A stretch of 63,984 nt of DNA, counting the filler, from Acidimicrobiia bacterium (lineage in GTDB: Bacteria > Actinomycetota > Acidimicrobiia > Spongiisociales > CAZKJJ01): the NCBI GenBank assembly GCA_046759765.1. It is 8 parts of 8 records of this genome, joined end to end, with 100 filler letters (N's around TTAATTAATTAA, not from the genome) between each part and the next. Parts side by side here need not be neighbours in the genome. Positions count along the whole stretch, not along the records: positions 26,748 to 35,446 come from JBHICV010000105.1; positions 35,547 to 44,201 come from JBHICV010000106.1; 6 more parts are not named here. One strand, given 5' to 3'. The notes beneath the pieces were generated by a model. The model ran no database searches. It saw only the letters and a list, made by a program, of their open reading frames with translations, and was not told the origin of the DNA. A program made the translations under genes and the position numbers. Shown one piece after another: positions 28,659 through 39,380 of the stretch (the stretch's first letter is position 1; every line of letters begins with the position of its first letter).

Positions 28659-30347
28659 ATGATCCCAAGAAAAGTGTGGCCGGCCGCGGTCGTTGGCCTG
28701 GCCCTCGTCGCCGCCGCGTGCGGCGAGGCTGAGGTGACCACAACCCAGCCACCCGCCACGGAGCCGCCGGCGACGACCGCCCCTCCCGCGACAACCGCGC
28801 CCCCAGCGTTCGAGGGTGCCGTGCTCGATGCGGGTGGTTGTGACTATGGAGGCAAGATAAGCAGCATCACGGCGGTAGACCAGTTCACGGTCGAGTTCGC
28901 CCTGTGTAGCCCGCACCCGCCCTTCCGGGAGCAGATCGCGTTCGGGGTTTTCGGCATTCAGTCAGAGGAAAGCCTGGTGGCGAGCGGTGGTGCCCCGCTC
29001 GACAACCCGACTGGAACCGGCCCGTACCGGATCGAGGAGTGGGTCCGCGGAGATTCGGTCGTCTACAAGCGATTCGATGACTACTACGGCCCGAAGCCCG
29101 CACACGAGACTGCTGTCTTGCGGTGGGCTACCGAAGGCGCCCAGCGGCTTCTCGAGCTGCAGGCCGGTACGGTCGACGGAATCACCTTCCCCAGCACGGA
29201 CGATTACCAAGTCATCCGGGACGACCCGAACTTGGTGTTGATTGACAAGCCAGAGCCGAACATCTTCTATGTCGGCTTCACCAACACGTTCGCGCCGTTC
29301 GACAACCCCGACGTCCGCGAGGCCGTCGCCCTGGGTATCGACCGGCAGCGCATCGTGGACACCTTCTATCCGCCGGGCTCTGAGGTGGCCTCGCACTTCA
29401 CGCCCTGCAGTGTGGAGAACGGGTGTCAGGGTGATGCTTGGCCTGCCTTCGACCCTGAGGCTGGCAAGCAGTTGCTGGCCGATGCCGGTTTCCCGGACGG
29501 GTTTGAGACCACAGTCACCTACCGGGACGTGTTCCGGGGCTACCTGCCCGAGCCGGGCAGCGTGGCCGCCGATCTTCAGGCTCAGCTCAAGGAGAACCTG
29601 AACATCGATGCCGAGGTGGTCGTCATGGAGTCTGGTGAGTTCATCCAGACGACGACGCAGGGAGAGCTAGCCGGCATTCATCTGCTGGGTTGGACGGGTG
29701 ACTACCCGCACATCACGAACTTCCTGGACTTCCACTTCAACGCGGATAATCCACAGTTCGGGGTGAACGATTCCAGCTACGCCGAGCCACTGGTCACCGC
29801 GTCCCAGATCCCCGATCCGGCAGAGGCAGCGTCGTTCTATGTCGAGGCGAACAATGCCATCAAGGACTTCGTCCCGATGGTGCCGATCGTCCATTCCACG
29901 ACGGCATTCGCCTTCGGGGGCCATGTCCAGGGAGCCTATGCCCCGCCGTGGGGTCAGGTGCTGTTCCATCTGATGGACAACGGCTCGGACACCTTCGTGT
30001 TCATGCAGGGCAACGAGCCGATCTCCTTGTACTGCGCGGATGAATCCGATGGCGAGTCGCTGCGTGGTTGTGCTCAGGTCGTCGAGGCTCTATACACCTA
30101 TACGACCACAGGTGAAGCGGTGCCGCAGCTGGCGACCGAGTGCACGCCCAACGACGCCTTGGACGTCTGGACGTGCACGCTCCGGCAGGGCGTTCTGTTC
30201 CATGACGGGACGACGTTCGACGCCAACGACGTTGTGGCGTCGTTCTCGGCAGGACTTGACGCCGCCAACCCACTGCACGTGGGTAACTCAGGGGCGTTCG
30301 ACTACTACGCGTACCTGTGGGATAACCTGATCAACGCCGAGGAATAG
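28659..30347 (+). CDS. Family 5 (Dpp/Opp) ABC substrate-binding lipoprotein, apparently circularly permuted
   Basis: Lipobox VAAAC; GTGPY; PFDNPDVREAV; the normally N-terminal LRQGVLFHDGTTFDANDV block lies at the C-terminus. Confidence 0.9.
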   Translation: MIPRKVWPAAVVGLALVAAACGEAEVTTTQPPATEPPATTAPPATTAPPAFEGAVLDAGGCDYGGKISSITAVDQFTVEFALCSPHPPFREQIAFGVFGIQSEESLVASGGAPLDNPTGTGPYRIEEWVRGDSVVYKRFDDYYGPKPAHETAVLRWATEGAQRLLELQAGTVDGITFPSTDDYQVIRDDPNLVLIDKPEPNIFYVGFTNTFAPFDNPDVREAVALGIDRQRIVDTFYPPGSEVASHFTPCSVENGCQGDAWPAFDPEAGKQLLADAGFPDGFETTVTYRDVFRGYLPEPGSVAADLQAQLKENLNIDAEVVVMESGEFIQTTTQGELAGIHLLGWTGDYPHITNFLDFHFNADNPQFGVNDSSYAEPLVTASQIPDPAEAASFYVEANNAIKDFVPMVPIVHSTTAFAFGGHVQGAYAPPWGQVLFHLMDNGSDTFVFMQGNEPISLYCADESDGESLRGCAQVVEALYTYTTTGEAVPQLATECTPNDALDVWTCTLRQGVLFHDGTTFDANDVVASFSAGLDAANPLHVGNSGAFDYYAYLWDNLINAEE

Positions 30348-30366
30348 AACCCGTCGGCTATTTACA

Positions 30367-30395
30367 GAGGGGGAGGCGCCTAGCGCCTCCCCCTC
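30367..30395 (+). terminator. 13-bp hairpin after the binding-protein gene
   Basis: GAGGGGGAGGCGC-cta-GCGCCTCCCCCTC. Confidence 0.7.
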
Positions 30396-30414
30396 CTCTA
30401 CTCTGCTGATCTAG

Positions 30415-31494
30415 ATGCTCGGATTCATCGCCCGTCGGACGCTCCTCGTCATCCCGGTTCTTCTGGGAATCGTCGTGGTGGTGTTCTTCCTGATCAGAGC
30501 GATTCCCGGAGACCCGTGCACCTCCCTCCTGGGAGAAAGAGCAACCGCAGAGGCTTGTGAGCGCTTCAACGAGGCCAACGGGCTGAACGAACCGATCTGG
30601 ACCCAGCTCGGGATCTACATGAAGAACGTGGTGACGCTGAATCTAGGCGAGTCCATTCGGTTCTCCCGGCCCGTCAGCCAGCTCCTCATCGAACGACTGC
30701 CACTTACCATCGAGTTGGCGCTCTCGGCTCTGACCATCGCAGTCTTGGTCGGGGTACCCCTCGGGATCATCGCCGCTCGTCGCCACAACACGGCGGTCGA
30801 CACTGGGACGATGGCCTTCGCCAACGTCGGCGTCTCGATGCCCGTTTTTTGGCTGGGCTTGATGTTGGCCTACGTTTTCGCTCTCGTCCTGAAAGACACG
30901 CCCTTTGCATTACCGCCGTCCGGTCGGCTCACCGCCGGCGTGTTCTCCGTTCCCTACTACGAAGTCTGGGGATGGACGCTGCAAGAGGGCACGATCTGGG
31001 CCCAGTTTCACGAGTTCGTGGCGAACCATTACATCTTCAACAGTTTCATCACCGGCCAATGGGATGTGTTGAGCGATGCCGTGACACACATGATCCTGCC
31101 CGCAGTCGCGCTGGCCACCATCCCGCTGGCGATCATCGCCCGGATTACCCGTAGTTCCCTGTTGGAGGTAATGGGCAAGGACTACATCAGGACCGCGCGG
31201 GCGAAAGGCGCCAAAGAGGCGCGTGTCGTCCGCAACCACGCGTTGCGAAACTCGATGCTCCCCGTGATCACCATCATCGGCCTCCAGCTGGGGCTCCTAT
31301 TGGGCGGCGCCGTGCTGACGGAGACCGTGTTCAACCTGGCCGGCGTTGGACGTGCCCTCTTTGATGCCATCACCGGGCGGGACTACGCCGTCGTACAAGG
31401 CTTCACGGTGATCATCGCCCTGGGATACGTCATCGTTAACCTGCTCGTCGACCTCTCCTACGGCTACCTCGATCCGAGGATCCGAGTCAAATGA
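30415..31494 (+). CDS. Peptide ABC transporter permease (DppB-like)
   Basis: IPGDP, DYIRTARAKG, LDPRI. Confidence 0.94.
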   Translation: MLGFIARRTLLVIPVLLGIVVVVFFLIRAIPGDPCTSLLGERATAEACERFNEANGLNEPIWTQLGIYMKNVVTLNLGESIRFSRPVSQLLIERLPLTIELALSALTIAVLVGVPLGIIAARRHNTAVDTGTMAFANVGVSMPVFWLGLMLAYVFALVLKDTPFALPPSGRLTAGVFSVPYYEVWGWTLQEGTIWAQFHEFVANHYIFNSFITGQWDVLSDAVTHMILPAVALATIPLAIIARITRSSLLEVMGKDYIRTARAKGAKEARVVRNHALRNSMLPVITIIGLQLGLLLGGAVLTETVFNLAGVGRALFDAITGRDYAVVQGFTVIIALGYVIVNLLVDLSYGYLDPRIRVK

Positions 31495-32453
31495 CCCTCC
31501 TCAGCCGGAGAAAGGCAGTCGAACAGCTCGAAGCCGACGCGGTCGACGTCGCGGGCCTCACGGAGCGACCAATGAGCCAGTGGCGTCTGGCGATGCGGCG
31601 CTTCCGAGAGCGCAAATCCGGAATGATCGGCCTCACGATCGTCACCCTGCTCGTGCTTATGGCGATCTTCGCTCCGATCATTGCCCCGTACGACCCCAAC
31701 GAGGTCCTCATAGGCAAAGTGGATGTCGGCCGGCGAGAGCCGCCCTGTATCCACGCTTTGGGCTGCCCAGAAGACCGGTCACAACACATCCTGGGAACGG
31801 ACGGCAACGTGCGTGACCAGTTCTCGCGCATCGTCTACGGCGCTCGCGTAAGCCTGACTTTGGGTTTCTTCACCGTCACCATTGCCCTGCTGGTCGGCAG
31901 TGCCATCGGCGCTCTTGCTGGCTACGCGGGGGGCTGGCTCGACAACGCATTGATGCGTGTGATGGATGTGGTGCTGGGCTTTCCCTCGCTCTTGCTGGCC
32001 ATCGCCATCGTGTCGGTGCTCGGGCCTGGTCTACGCAACGCCTTGATCGCCATCGCCATAGTCACGTTGCCGGCCTACGCACGCGTGATGCGCGCCCAGG
32101 TTCTAGCGATCAAGGAGAGCGATTATGTGGCGGCCTCGCGTGCTCTCGGCGCCAGGCCGCGCCAGATCCTCACTCGCCGCGTGGTCCCCAACGCCCTCAC
32201 CCCTCTGGTTGTACTGGCCACTCTGGGCATTGCCACTGCCATCCTCGAAGCTGCCGGTCTGTCCTTTCTTGGACTCGGGGCTCAACCCCCCACCGCTGAA
32301 TGGGGCTCGATGCTGGCGTCCGAACGCAACCAGGTGTTCACCGCGCCCCACCTGGTCTTCTTCCCCGGGCTCGCCATCATGATCACGGTCCTAGGCTTCA
32401 ACCTCATGGGCGATGGTCTACGCGACGCCTTGGACCCGACGTTGAACAGATGA
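31491..32453 (+). CDS. Peptide ABC transporter permease (DppC-like)
   Basis: HILGTD, SRIVYGARVSL, FNLMGDGLRDALDP. Confidence 0.94.
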   Translation: MTLLSRRKAVEQLEADAVDVAGLTERPMSQWRLAMRRFRERKSGMIGLTIVTLLVLMAIFAPIIAPYDPNEVLIGKVDVGRREPPCIHALGCPEDRSQHILGTDGNVRDQFSRIVYGARVSLTLGFFTVTIALLVGSAIGALAGYAGGWLDNALMRVMDVVLGFPSLLLAIAIVSVLGPGLRNALIAIAIVTLPAYARVMRAQVLAIKESDYVAASRALGARPRQILTRRVVPNALTPLVVLATLGIATAILEAAGLSFLGLGAQPPTAEWGSMLASERNQVFTAPHLVFFPGLAIMITVLGFNLMGDGLRDALDPTLNR

Positions 32454-33502
32454 CCGCGCCCGCGCCGTCGCCCGATGCGATAGAGACGTTGGCCTCAGAG
32501 GCCGACGCCGGCGAGCACCTTCTTGAGATCCGGGATCTGGGAACGCATTTCGACACCCGCGACGGCGTCGTAAAAGCGGTTGACGGCCTGTCCCTCCATG
32601 TCGACCGTGGTGAGGTGCTCGGCCTGGTCGGTGAATCCGGCTGCGGTAAGTCGGTCGCCTCGCTGTCCATCATGGGCCTGGTCCCCCACCCAGGCGAGAT
32701 CGTTGCCGGCGAGATCCTCTTCAACGGCAAGAACCTTGTCGAGATGAACGAGGACGAGATTCGGAGGCTCCGCGGCGAGCACATCTCGATGATCTTTCAG
32801 CAGCCGACCTCGGCACTCAACCCGGTCCAGCGAGCCGGGCTTCAGATCCGTGAAGTCTTCAAGCTCCATCGCGACTGGCAAAAGAACATCGAGGAGGAAA
32901 GGGTCTTGGAAATGCTCGCCAAGGTCGGCATACCTGACCGTGCGTCGCGAGCAAAGACATACCCGCACGAGTTGTCCGGCGGTATGGCACAGCGGGTAAT
33001 GATCGCCATGGCGCTCGCCTGCGAACCCGAGCTCTTGATCGCTGACGAGCCGACGACGGCTCTCGACGTGACGATACAGGCCCAGATCCTCGATCTGATG
33101 CGCGACCTCCAGGAATCGTCCAACACCGCGGTCGTGTTGATCACACACGACCTGGGGGTGGTAGCCGAGATGTCGGACCGTGTTGCGGTGATGTACGCCG
33201 GCGAGATAGTTGAGGAGACCGACGTGCGCGCGCTGTTCAGACAGCCGCTGCACCCCTACACCCAGGGGTTGATCGGTTCGATCCCGATCCTGGGGGCTTT
33301 GACCGACACGCTCGAGACAATCCCCGGTGTGGTTCCGTCGCTCATCGATCTTCCGACGGGATGTCGCTTTGCAGGACGTTGCGTAGCGCGGGTTCAGAAT
33401 GATCTGGACATCTGCCTCGAGCAGGAGCCGCAGCTGCTCGAGATTGCGGACGGTCACAAAGTTCGTTGTTGGTTGTATCCGGACGGAGACTCAGATGGCT
33501 GA
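32450..33502 (+). CDS. Peptide ABC transporter ATP-binding protein (DppD-like)
   Basis: [25 protein letters not shown]-terminal Cys motif; ATG 32450 overlaps the upstream stop. Confidence 0.94.
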   Translation: MTAPAPSPDAIETLASEADAGEHLLEIRDLGTHFDTRDGVVKAVDGLSLHVDRGEVLGLVGESGCGKSVASLSIMGLVPHPGEIVAGEILFNGKNLVEMNEDEIRRLRGEHISMIFQQPTSALNPVQRAGLQIREVFKLHRDWQKNIEEERVLEMLAKVGIPDRASRAKTYPHELSGGMAQRVMIAMALACEPELLIADEPTTALDVTIQAQILDLMRDLQESSNTAVVLITHDLGVVAEMSDRVAVMYAGEIVEETDVRALFRQPLHPYTQGLIGSIPILGALTDTLETIPGVVPSLIDLPTGCRFAGRCVARVQNDLDICLEQEPQLLEIADGHKVRCWLYPDGDSDG

Positions 33503-34511
33503 GCCGCTGGTCGAAGCCAGGGATCTGGTGAAGCAATTCCCTGTCAAGGGCGGCATCCTCCAACGGCAGGTCGCCACCGTCAACGCGGTCGCCGGCGTCA
33601 GCCTCGACATCCACAGAGGTGAGGCTGTCGGTCTCGTCGGCGAGTCCGGATGCGGCAAGTCGACCCTTGGTCGCATGCTCGTACGGCTCCTCGAACCGAC
33701 TTCGGGAACGATCAAATTTGACGGCGAAGACATCACCCACCTCGACGGGAGCGACCTGAAGCCCTTTAGGCGGCGAGCGCAGATCGTCTTCCAAGACCCC
33801 TTCTCGTCGCTCGACCCGCGGGTACAGGTCGGACAATCAATCGGGGAAGGACTCCGCCTGCACGGCGTCGCCGACAGGGACGAACGTCACGAGCGGGTGA
33901 AAGCGATACTCGAGGTCGTGGGCCTGAGCCCGAGCCATGCCGGTCGGTTCCCACACGAATTCTCCGGCGGGCAGCGGCAACGGATCGGTCTGGCTCGCGC
34001 CCTCGTTCTGAACCCCGACTTCGTGGTAGCTGATGAACCCGTCTCGGCGCTCGACGTATCGGTGCAGGCCCAGGTCCTGAATCTCCTGAAGGACCTCCAG
34101 GAGGAGCTCGGCCTGACCTTGTTGTTCGTCGCTCACAACCTGGCCGTGGTCGAGCACATCTCGGATCGGGTGGCCGTCATGTACCTCGGTCGGATCGTTG
34201 AACTCACCGACCGTGACACCCTGTACGCCAGGCCATTCCATCCGTATACCGAGGCGTTGCTGTCGGCGATACCAATCCCCGATCCCGATCGTTCCCGCCG
34301 TCGCATGATCCTGCAGGGCGAGATCCCGTCGTCGATCGACCCTCCAACAGGTTGCCACTTCCATCCCCGATGCCCAATCGCGGCCGAAGGTATCTGCGAT
34401 GTTGAGGCCCCGTCGCTCCTTCCCAGTAAGGATGACGAAGAGCACCTGGCCGCCTGCCATCTGCGAACGGGGGCATACCGGCATTTGGACCCGCGGCCGG
34501 TGAGCACGTAA
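33495..34511 (+). CDS. Peptide ABC transporter ATP-binding protein (DppF-like)
   Basis: [29 protein letters not shown]. Confidence 0.94.
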   Translation: MAEPLVEARDLVKQFPVKGGILQRQVATVNAVAGVSLDIHRGEAVGLVGESGCGKSTLGRMLVRLLEPTSGTIKFDGEDITHLDGSDLKPFRRRAQIVFQDPFSSLDPRVQVGQSIGEGLRLHGVADRDERHERVKAILEVVGLSPSHAGRFPHEFSGGQRQRIGLARALVLNPDFVVADEPVSALDVSVQAQVLNLLKDLQEELGLTLLFVAHNLAVVEHISDRVAVMYLGRIVELTDRDTLYARPFHPYTEALLSAIPIPDPDRSRRRMILQGEIPSSIDPPTGCHFHPRCPIAAEGICDVEAPSLLPSKDDEEHLAACHLRTGAYRHLDPRPVST

Positions 34512-34596
34512 GGCCCTCCATTGCTCTCCCTCAGAGAGTACGGGAAGCTGGATCCCAAGGAAGCAAGTTCCAAACAGGGCCGCCGCGCCCGTTAAC

Positions 34597-35446
34597 TTGC
34601 CCTTCGAGTTGAAACCCCTCGCCTTTCGTCTGGTGCTTGTTCCGCTGTTTCTGGCAGCCTGTGTGACCTCCACGGAGCCGACCACGGTGCCAACGACCCG
34701 TGTCGCCCCGTCGACCCTGCCCAGGACAACTATTCCGGAAGAAGTCGACACGCTCCGAATTGGCACCACAGAGCAACTGACGAACCTCGACTCGGCCGAT
34801 GCCTATCTCCCGCACGACTGGGAGGTGCTCGGCAACATCGGACGCGGCCTGACGTCCTTCACCCTTGGGGGTACCGAGGTGGTTCCCGGTATCTCGGAGC
34901 CTTTTGCGATCTCGGACGACGGACGCACCTACACCTTTCGCCTACGGGACGACGTTCTGTTTCCGGACGGAACTGAACTGACGGCGTCGGTGTATGAGCG
35001 TCACCTCCAGAGGATGCTTGGTCTCGCCCCCATCGACGGTGGCGGCAGCTCGCTGGGACAGCCCTTCGTGGCCTCAGTAGAAGCCGTCGATGACAGCACC
35101 ATTGCCTTTCGGCTCCACGCTGCGTCGGGTTTCTTTAGCGCGGTCGTGGCGAGCGTTCCTTATCACCCGTCACACCCCGGCCTGCCCACCGACGAGGTAA
35201 CGCCCCTTCCCCCGGAGCCGGTCTATGGCGTCGGAGCGTGGACCGTCATGTCTTACGAGCCCGGTGAACGTACCGTGCTCGAGCCTCACCCGCTCTCTCT
35301 GAGTGATCAGCCGGAAGTCGAGCGGGTCGTGATCCACTACTTCGCTTCAGAGTCTGAACTGCTCAGTGCGCTCTTCGAAGGAGTCGTCGACATCGCTTGG
35401 CCGTTAGCTTCTCCTCCCTCGCTGGACGATCTGCCGGCCGGTATCA
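34597..35446 (+). CDS. Second family 5 ABC substrate-binding lipoprotein (canonical order), 3'-partial
   Basis: Lipobox LAAC; ISDDGRTYTFRLRDDVLFPDGT near the N-terminus; start uncertain. Confidence 0.8.
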
Positions 35447-35546
35447 NNNNNNNNNNNNNNNNNNNNNNNNNNNNNNNNNNNNNNNNNNNNTTAATTAATT
35501 AANNNNNNNNNNNNNNNNNNNNNNNNNNNNNNNNNNNNNNNNNNNN
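35447..35546. other. Artificial contig linker
   Basis: N run + TTAATTAATTAA + N run. Confidence 0.99.
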
Positions 35547-36137
35547 AAAGGCTCGCCCGACCACGCGAAGACGATCCAGGACATCGCCTTCGCCGCCAAC
35601 ACTGCCTGGGACATGCCCGAAGGCGAAGAGCCCGGGTTGGAGGCCTCGTCGTTCTTCGACCCCGCCAACTTCACCTATCCGTTCGGCACCCACATTTGCG
35701 TCGTGGAGATCGATGCCGAGACCGGCGAGATCGACCTTCAGCGGTACATCGCCGTCGACGACTGCGGGATCGTCATCAACCCGGCGATCGTCGAGGGTCA
35801 GATTCAGGGCGGCGTCACTCAAGGCGTCGCCCAAGCGCTGTGGGAGGAAGCCGTCTACGACGAAGACGGCAACCTGCTGACCGGCTCGATGATGGACTAC
35901 GCCCTTCCCAAGGCGGAGTTCCTGCCCGACTTCGAGCTGGACAACACCGTGACGCCCACCGACGTGAACCCGCTCGGTGTGAAAGGCGTCGCGGAGACCG
36001 GGACGATCGCCTCCACCGCGGCGGTGTATAACGCGGTGATGGACGCTCTGGCGCCTCTCGGAGTCAGGGGAATTGACATGCCGTTCACCCCGGAGCGCGT
36101 CTGGACAGCGATCCGAGCGGCGGAAGGAGGTCAGTGA
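35547..36137 (+). CDS. CoxL/xanthine dehydrogenase family molybdopterin subunit, C-terminal part
   Basis: DDCGIVINP.IVEGQIQGG, NPLGVKGVAE. Confidence 0.92.
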   Translation, partial: KGSPDHAKTIQDIAFAANTAWDMPEGEEPGLEASSFFDPANFTYPFGTHICVVEIDAETGEIDLQRYIAVDDCGIVINPAIVEGQIQGGVTQGVAQALWEEAVYDEDGNLLTGSMMDYALPKAEFLPDFELDNTVTPTDVNPLGVKGVAETGTIASTAAVYNAVMDALAPLGVRGIDMPFTPERVWTAIRAAEGGQ

Positions 36138-37000
36138 TGCAGCCCTCAGCCTTCGACTATCACCGGCCGAGCACGGTCGAAGAGGCCATCGGGCTCCTAT
36201 CGAGCATCGAAGGGGCACGGGCGCTGGCCGGCGGGCACAGCCTCCTGCCGGCTATGAAGCTGCGCCTCAGCACTCCGACCGCGCTGGTGGATATCGGTCG
36301 CATACCAGGGCTGTCGGGGATCCAATCGGACGGCGACCACCTGACCATCGGAGCACTCACGACCCATGCCGAGGTCGAGCGTTCCGAACTCGTGAAGGGC
36401 GATTGCCCGATCCTCGCCGAGGCTGCCGCGACGATCGGGGACCATCAGGTGCGCAACCTCGGAACGATCGGGGGGAGCCTCGCTCATGCCGATCCCGCCG
36501 CCGACTATCCGACCGTCGTAACGGCACTGGGCGCCACGATCACGGCGACGGGTTCCGGCGGGCAACGGGAGATCGCAGCCTCCGATTTCTTCCAGGGCTT
36601 GTTTGCGACGGCCCTGGAGGACGGCGAGCTGATCACGTCCGTGCAGGTGCCCAAGCTCGGTGTAGGTACCGGTGGCGCCTACGTAAAGCACCGCCATCCG
36701 GCGTCGAGTTACGCGGTCGTCGGCGTGGCGGCGCTCGTCGCATTGGCAGACGGGACCTGCTCCGAGGTACGGGTATCGATCGGCGGGGTGACGGCCAACC
36801 CGGTGTCCATTAGCGGCGCGACCAAGGCGTTGGGTGGGAAGGAACCCACGGACGACGCCATCGCCGCAGCGGCGGGGACGGTTGCCGACGCGATCAGCGA
36901 CCCGATCGGCGACCTCTACGCCTCCGGCGAGTTCCGGGTGCACCTCGCCGAGGTGCTGACCAAGCGGGCGCTGTCGGCTGCTGTCGACAGAGCTGGCTGA
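36134..37000 (+). CDS. CoxM/CutM-like FAD-binding subunit
   Basis: LAGGHSLLPAMKLR, QVRNLGTIGGSLAHADPAAD. Confidence 0.93.
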   Translation: MMQPSAFDYHRPSTVEEAIGLLSSIEGARALAGGHSLLPAMKLRLSTPTALVDIGRIPGLSGIQSDGDHLTIGALTTHAEVERSELVKGDCPILAEAAATIGDHQVRNLGTIGGSLAHADPAADYPTVVTALGATITATGSGGQREIAASDFFQGLFATALEDGELITSVQVPKLGVGTGGAYVKHRHPASSYAVVGVAALVALADGTCSEVRVSIGGVTANPVSISGATKALGGKEPTDDAIAAAAGTVADAISDPIGDLYASGEFRVHLAEVLTKRALSAAVDRAG

Positions 37001-37091
37001 GAAGTGAGGGGGCGGAGCCCGTTTGGGCCCCGTCCCCTGGTGGTAGCTGCCCAGCCGTCCCGCCACGCGTCCCCGGTTAGCATCTCTGCCC

Positions 37092-37979
37092 GTGATCTTC
37101 TCGACTCCTGATAACGTCGTCGAGACCCTCGGTGATCAGCAGTACATCGCCGATCGGGGGCTGGCGGTCGCGATCTACCTGGCGCTCGAGCTCGGGCGGC
37201 CGCTGTTCCTCGAAGGCGAGGCCGGCGTGGGAAAGACCGAGGTGGGCAAGGTGCTGGCCTCGGCGACCGAAGAGGAGCTGATCCGGCTCCAGTGTTATGA
37301 GGGTCTGGACGTCTCGCACGCGCTCTACGAGTGGGACTACGCCCGGCAGATGCTGGCAATTCGGCTGATCGAAGCCCGGGGCGAAGGCAGCGGAGCCAGG
37401 GTCGGCGACATCATGAGCCGCGAGTTCCTGATTCCCCGACCGCTGCTCAGAGCCGTGGAGGCCGCTTCCGAGGACCGTCGGCCGGTGCTGCTGATCGACG
37501 AGATCGACCGAGCCGACGAGGAGTTCGAGGCCTACCTCCTGGAATTGCTCTCCGACTTCCAGGTAACGATCCCTGAGATCGGCACGATAAAGGCGGCCGT
37601 GCCGCCGATCGTTGTCGTCACGTCCAACCGAACTCGCGAAATCCACGATGCACTCAAGCGGCGCTGCATCTATCACTGGATCGACTACCCGGACTTCGCC
37701 CGCGAAGTGGCCATCGTGAATCGCACGGTCCCCGGCATCTCCGAGGGCCTGGCGGGGGAGCTGGCGCGGGCCATGGCCGAGCTCCGCAGCATGGGGCTGT
37801 ACAAGCCGCCCGGTGTGGCCGAGACGCTCGACTGGGCGTCGGCTCTCCAGGCTCTGGGAGAGGAGCATCTCTCTCCGGACCTCGCCGAGGAGACGATCGG
37901 CGTCGTTCTCAAGTACCAGGAGGACATCGAGCGGGTGCGCGCCGCGGGTTTGCAGGACGTGCTCCACGCGGCGGGCTAG
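37092..37979 (+). CDS. CoxD-like MoxR AAA+ ATPase
   Basis: LEGEAGVGKT, RLQCYEG, LIDEIDR, DALKRRC. Confidence 0.93.
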   Translation: MIFSTPDNVVETLGDQQYIADRGLAVAIYLALELGRPLFLEGEAGVGKTEVGKVLASATEEELIRLQCYEGLDVSHALYEWDYARQMLAIRLIEARGEGSGARVGDIMSREFLIPRPLLRAVEAASEDRRPVLLIDEIDRADEEFEAYLLELLSDFQVTIPEIGTIKAAVPPIVVVTSNRTREIHDALKRRCIYHWIDYPDFAREVAIVNRTVPGISEGLAGELARAMAELRSMGLYKPPGVAETLDWASALQALGEEHLSPDLAEETIGVVLKYQEDIERVRAAGLQDVLHAAG

Positions 37980-39101
37980 ATGGCCAGCGCATTCGCCGGG
38001 AACCTCGTTCACTTCACCCGTTACCTACGCAGCCAAGGGCTGTCGGTGGTGCCGGAGACCTCGGCTCTGCTCCTTCGGGCAACACATGTCATCGGGCTGA
38101 CCAACCGCGACGACGCCTACTACGCGATGCGGGCGGTGACCGTGACTCACCCTGCGGACCTACCCATCTTCGACGCCGCCTTCGAGCTGTTCTTCGGAGG
38201 GGGCCTTGCTGTCCCGGTACCAGCGCCGGGCTCTCTCGAGGTGGACCGGGGTGGAGCGCATCGCATCGCAAAGCCGGCGGCGTCGACGGCCCAATCGGAC
38301 GAGGTCGAGGTCACCGAGCAGGTTGGCGCTTCGTCCGTCGAGCGACTCAGCCACCGCGACTTCAATGAGCTCACACCCGAAGAGCTGGAGGAAGTTCGTC
38401 GGCTCATGGCACAAATGATGTGGCAGCCCGCCGACGCCCGCTCCCGACGATGGGCGCCCACCGGCCGTGGGCCTCGACCCGATCTGCGGCGCACGCTTCG
38501 CGGGATCGTGGGGCCCAGCGGGGATCTCCTTCCTTTGGAATGGTCCGAGCGTCGGATGCGGAGACGGCCGCTTCTGGTGCTGGCCGATGTCAGCGGGTCG
38601 ATGGAACGGTACGTCGAGATGTTCCTCTACTTCACCCATGCCGCCCGGGATCGGCTGGGGAAGCTCGAGGCGTTCGTGTTCTCCACTCGGCTGACCCGCA
38701 TCACTCGCCAGCTGGCCAAGCGTGACCCGAAGGCGGCGCTGGATGATGTGGGAAACACTGTGGAGGACTGGTCGGGTGGCACGAAGATCGGGGAGGCACT
38801 GGAGGAGTTCAACCTGCGGTGGGCGAGGAGGGTGACGCGGGGGGGCCCGATCGCGCTGATCATCTCGGACGGCTGGGACTGTGGCGAGCCGGCCCTGCTC
38901 GCCCGCGAGATGGCTCGGTTTCGCAGAACCGTGCACCGCGTGATCTGGCTCAACCCCCTCGCCGGACAGCCTGGCTACGAGCCCCTGGTCCGAGGCATGC
39001 AGACCGTTTTGCCGTTCGTCGACGATTTCTTGCGGGCAACGAACCTGACGGACCTCCGCGAATTGGTGAAGCTGGTCGAGTCGGTCTCGGCTCGGGTTTG
39101 A
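37980..39101 (+). CDS. CoxE-like VWA domain protein
   Basis: DVSGSM, WSGGTKIG, ISDGWD, IWLNP. Confidence 0.92.
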   Translation: MASAFAGNLVHFTRYLRSQGLSVVPETSALLLRATHVIGLTNRDDAYYAMRAVTVTHPADLPIFDAAFELFFGGGLAVPVPAPGSLEVDRGGAHRIAKPAASTAQSDEVEVTEQVGASSVERLSHRDFNELTPEELEEVRRLMAQMMWQPADARSRRWAPTGRGPRPDLRRTLRGIVGPSGDLLPLEWSERRMRRRPLLVLADVSGSMERYVEMFLYFTHAARDRLGKLEAFVFSTRLTRITRQLAKRDPKAALDDVGNTVEDWSGGTKIGEALEEFNLRWARRVTRGGPIALIISDGWDCGEPALLAREMARFRRTVHRVIWLNPLAGQPGYEPLVRGMQTVLPFVDDFLRATNLTDLRELVKLVESVSARV

Positions 39102-39380
39102 GTCGCAACCAGAGCGGCAGACACGGAAGGGTCAATCGGTCAGGGGACATCGTCCCCGGCGAAGGGGACCACTGCCGGCTGGGCCTCTGGCCGACCGAGA
39201 TCGAGCCGTCTTCAGTGTGCGGGTAGGTTGGGGTCGACTAGATTACGTGGCTCGAGCGCGGAAACCCAGTGCCAGACTGCAATTGCGTTACCGGCATGAT
39301 GGCTCCTGGGTGCAGTCCTACCGGGATGATGTTGACTTGCCGTCGACTGCCGGCTCTTGTGTCCAGGGAGGGAATGTGAC

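Noticed and set aside
32495..38012. Long antisense ORFs such as 32495..33457 and 37077..38012
   Set aside because: They are shadow frames of well-supported genes in high-GC DNA.
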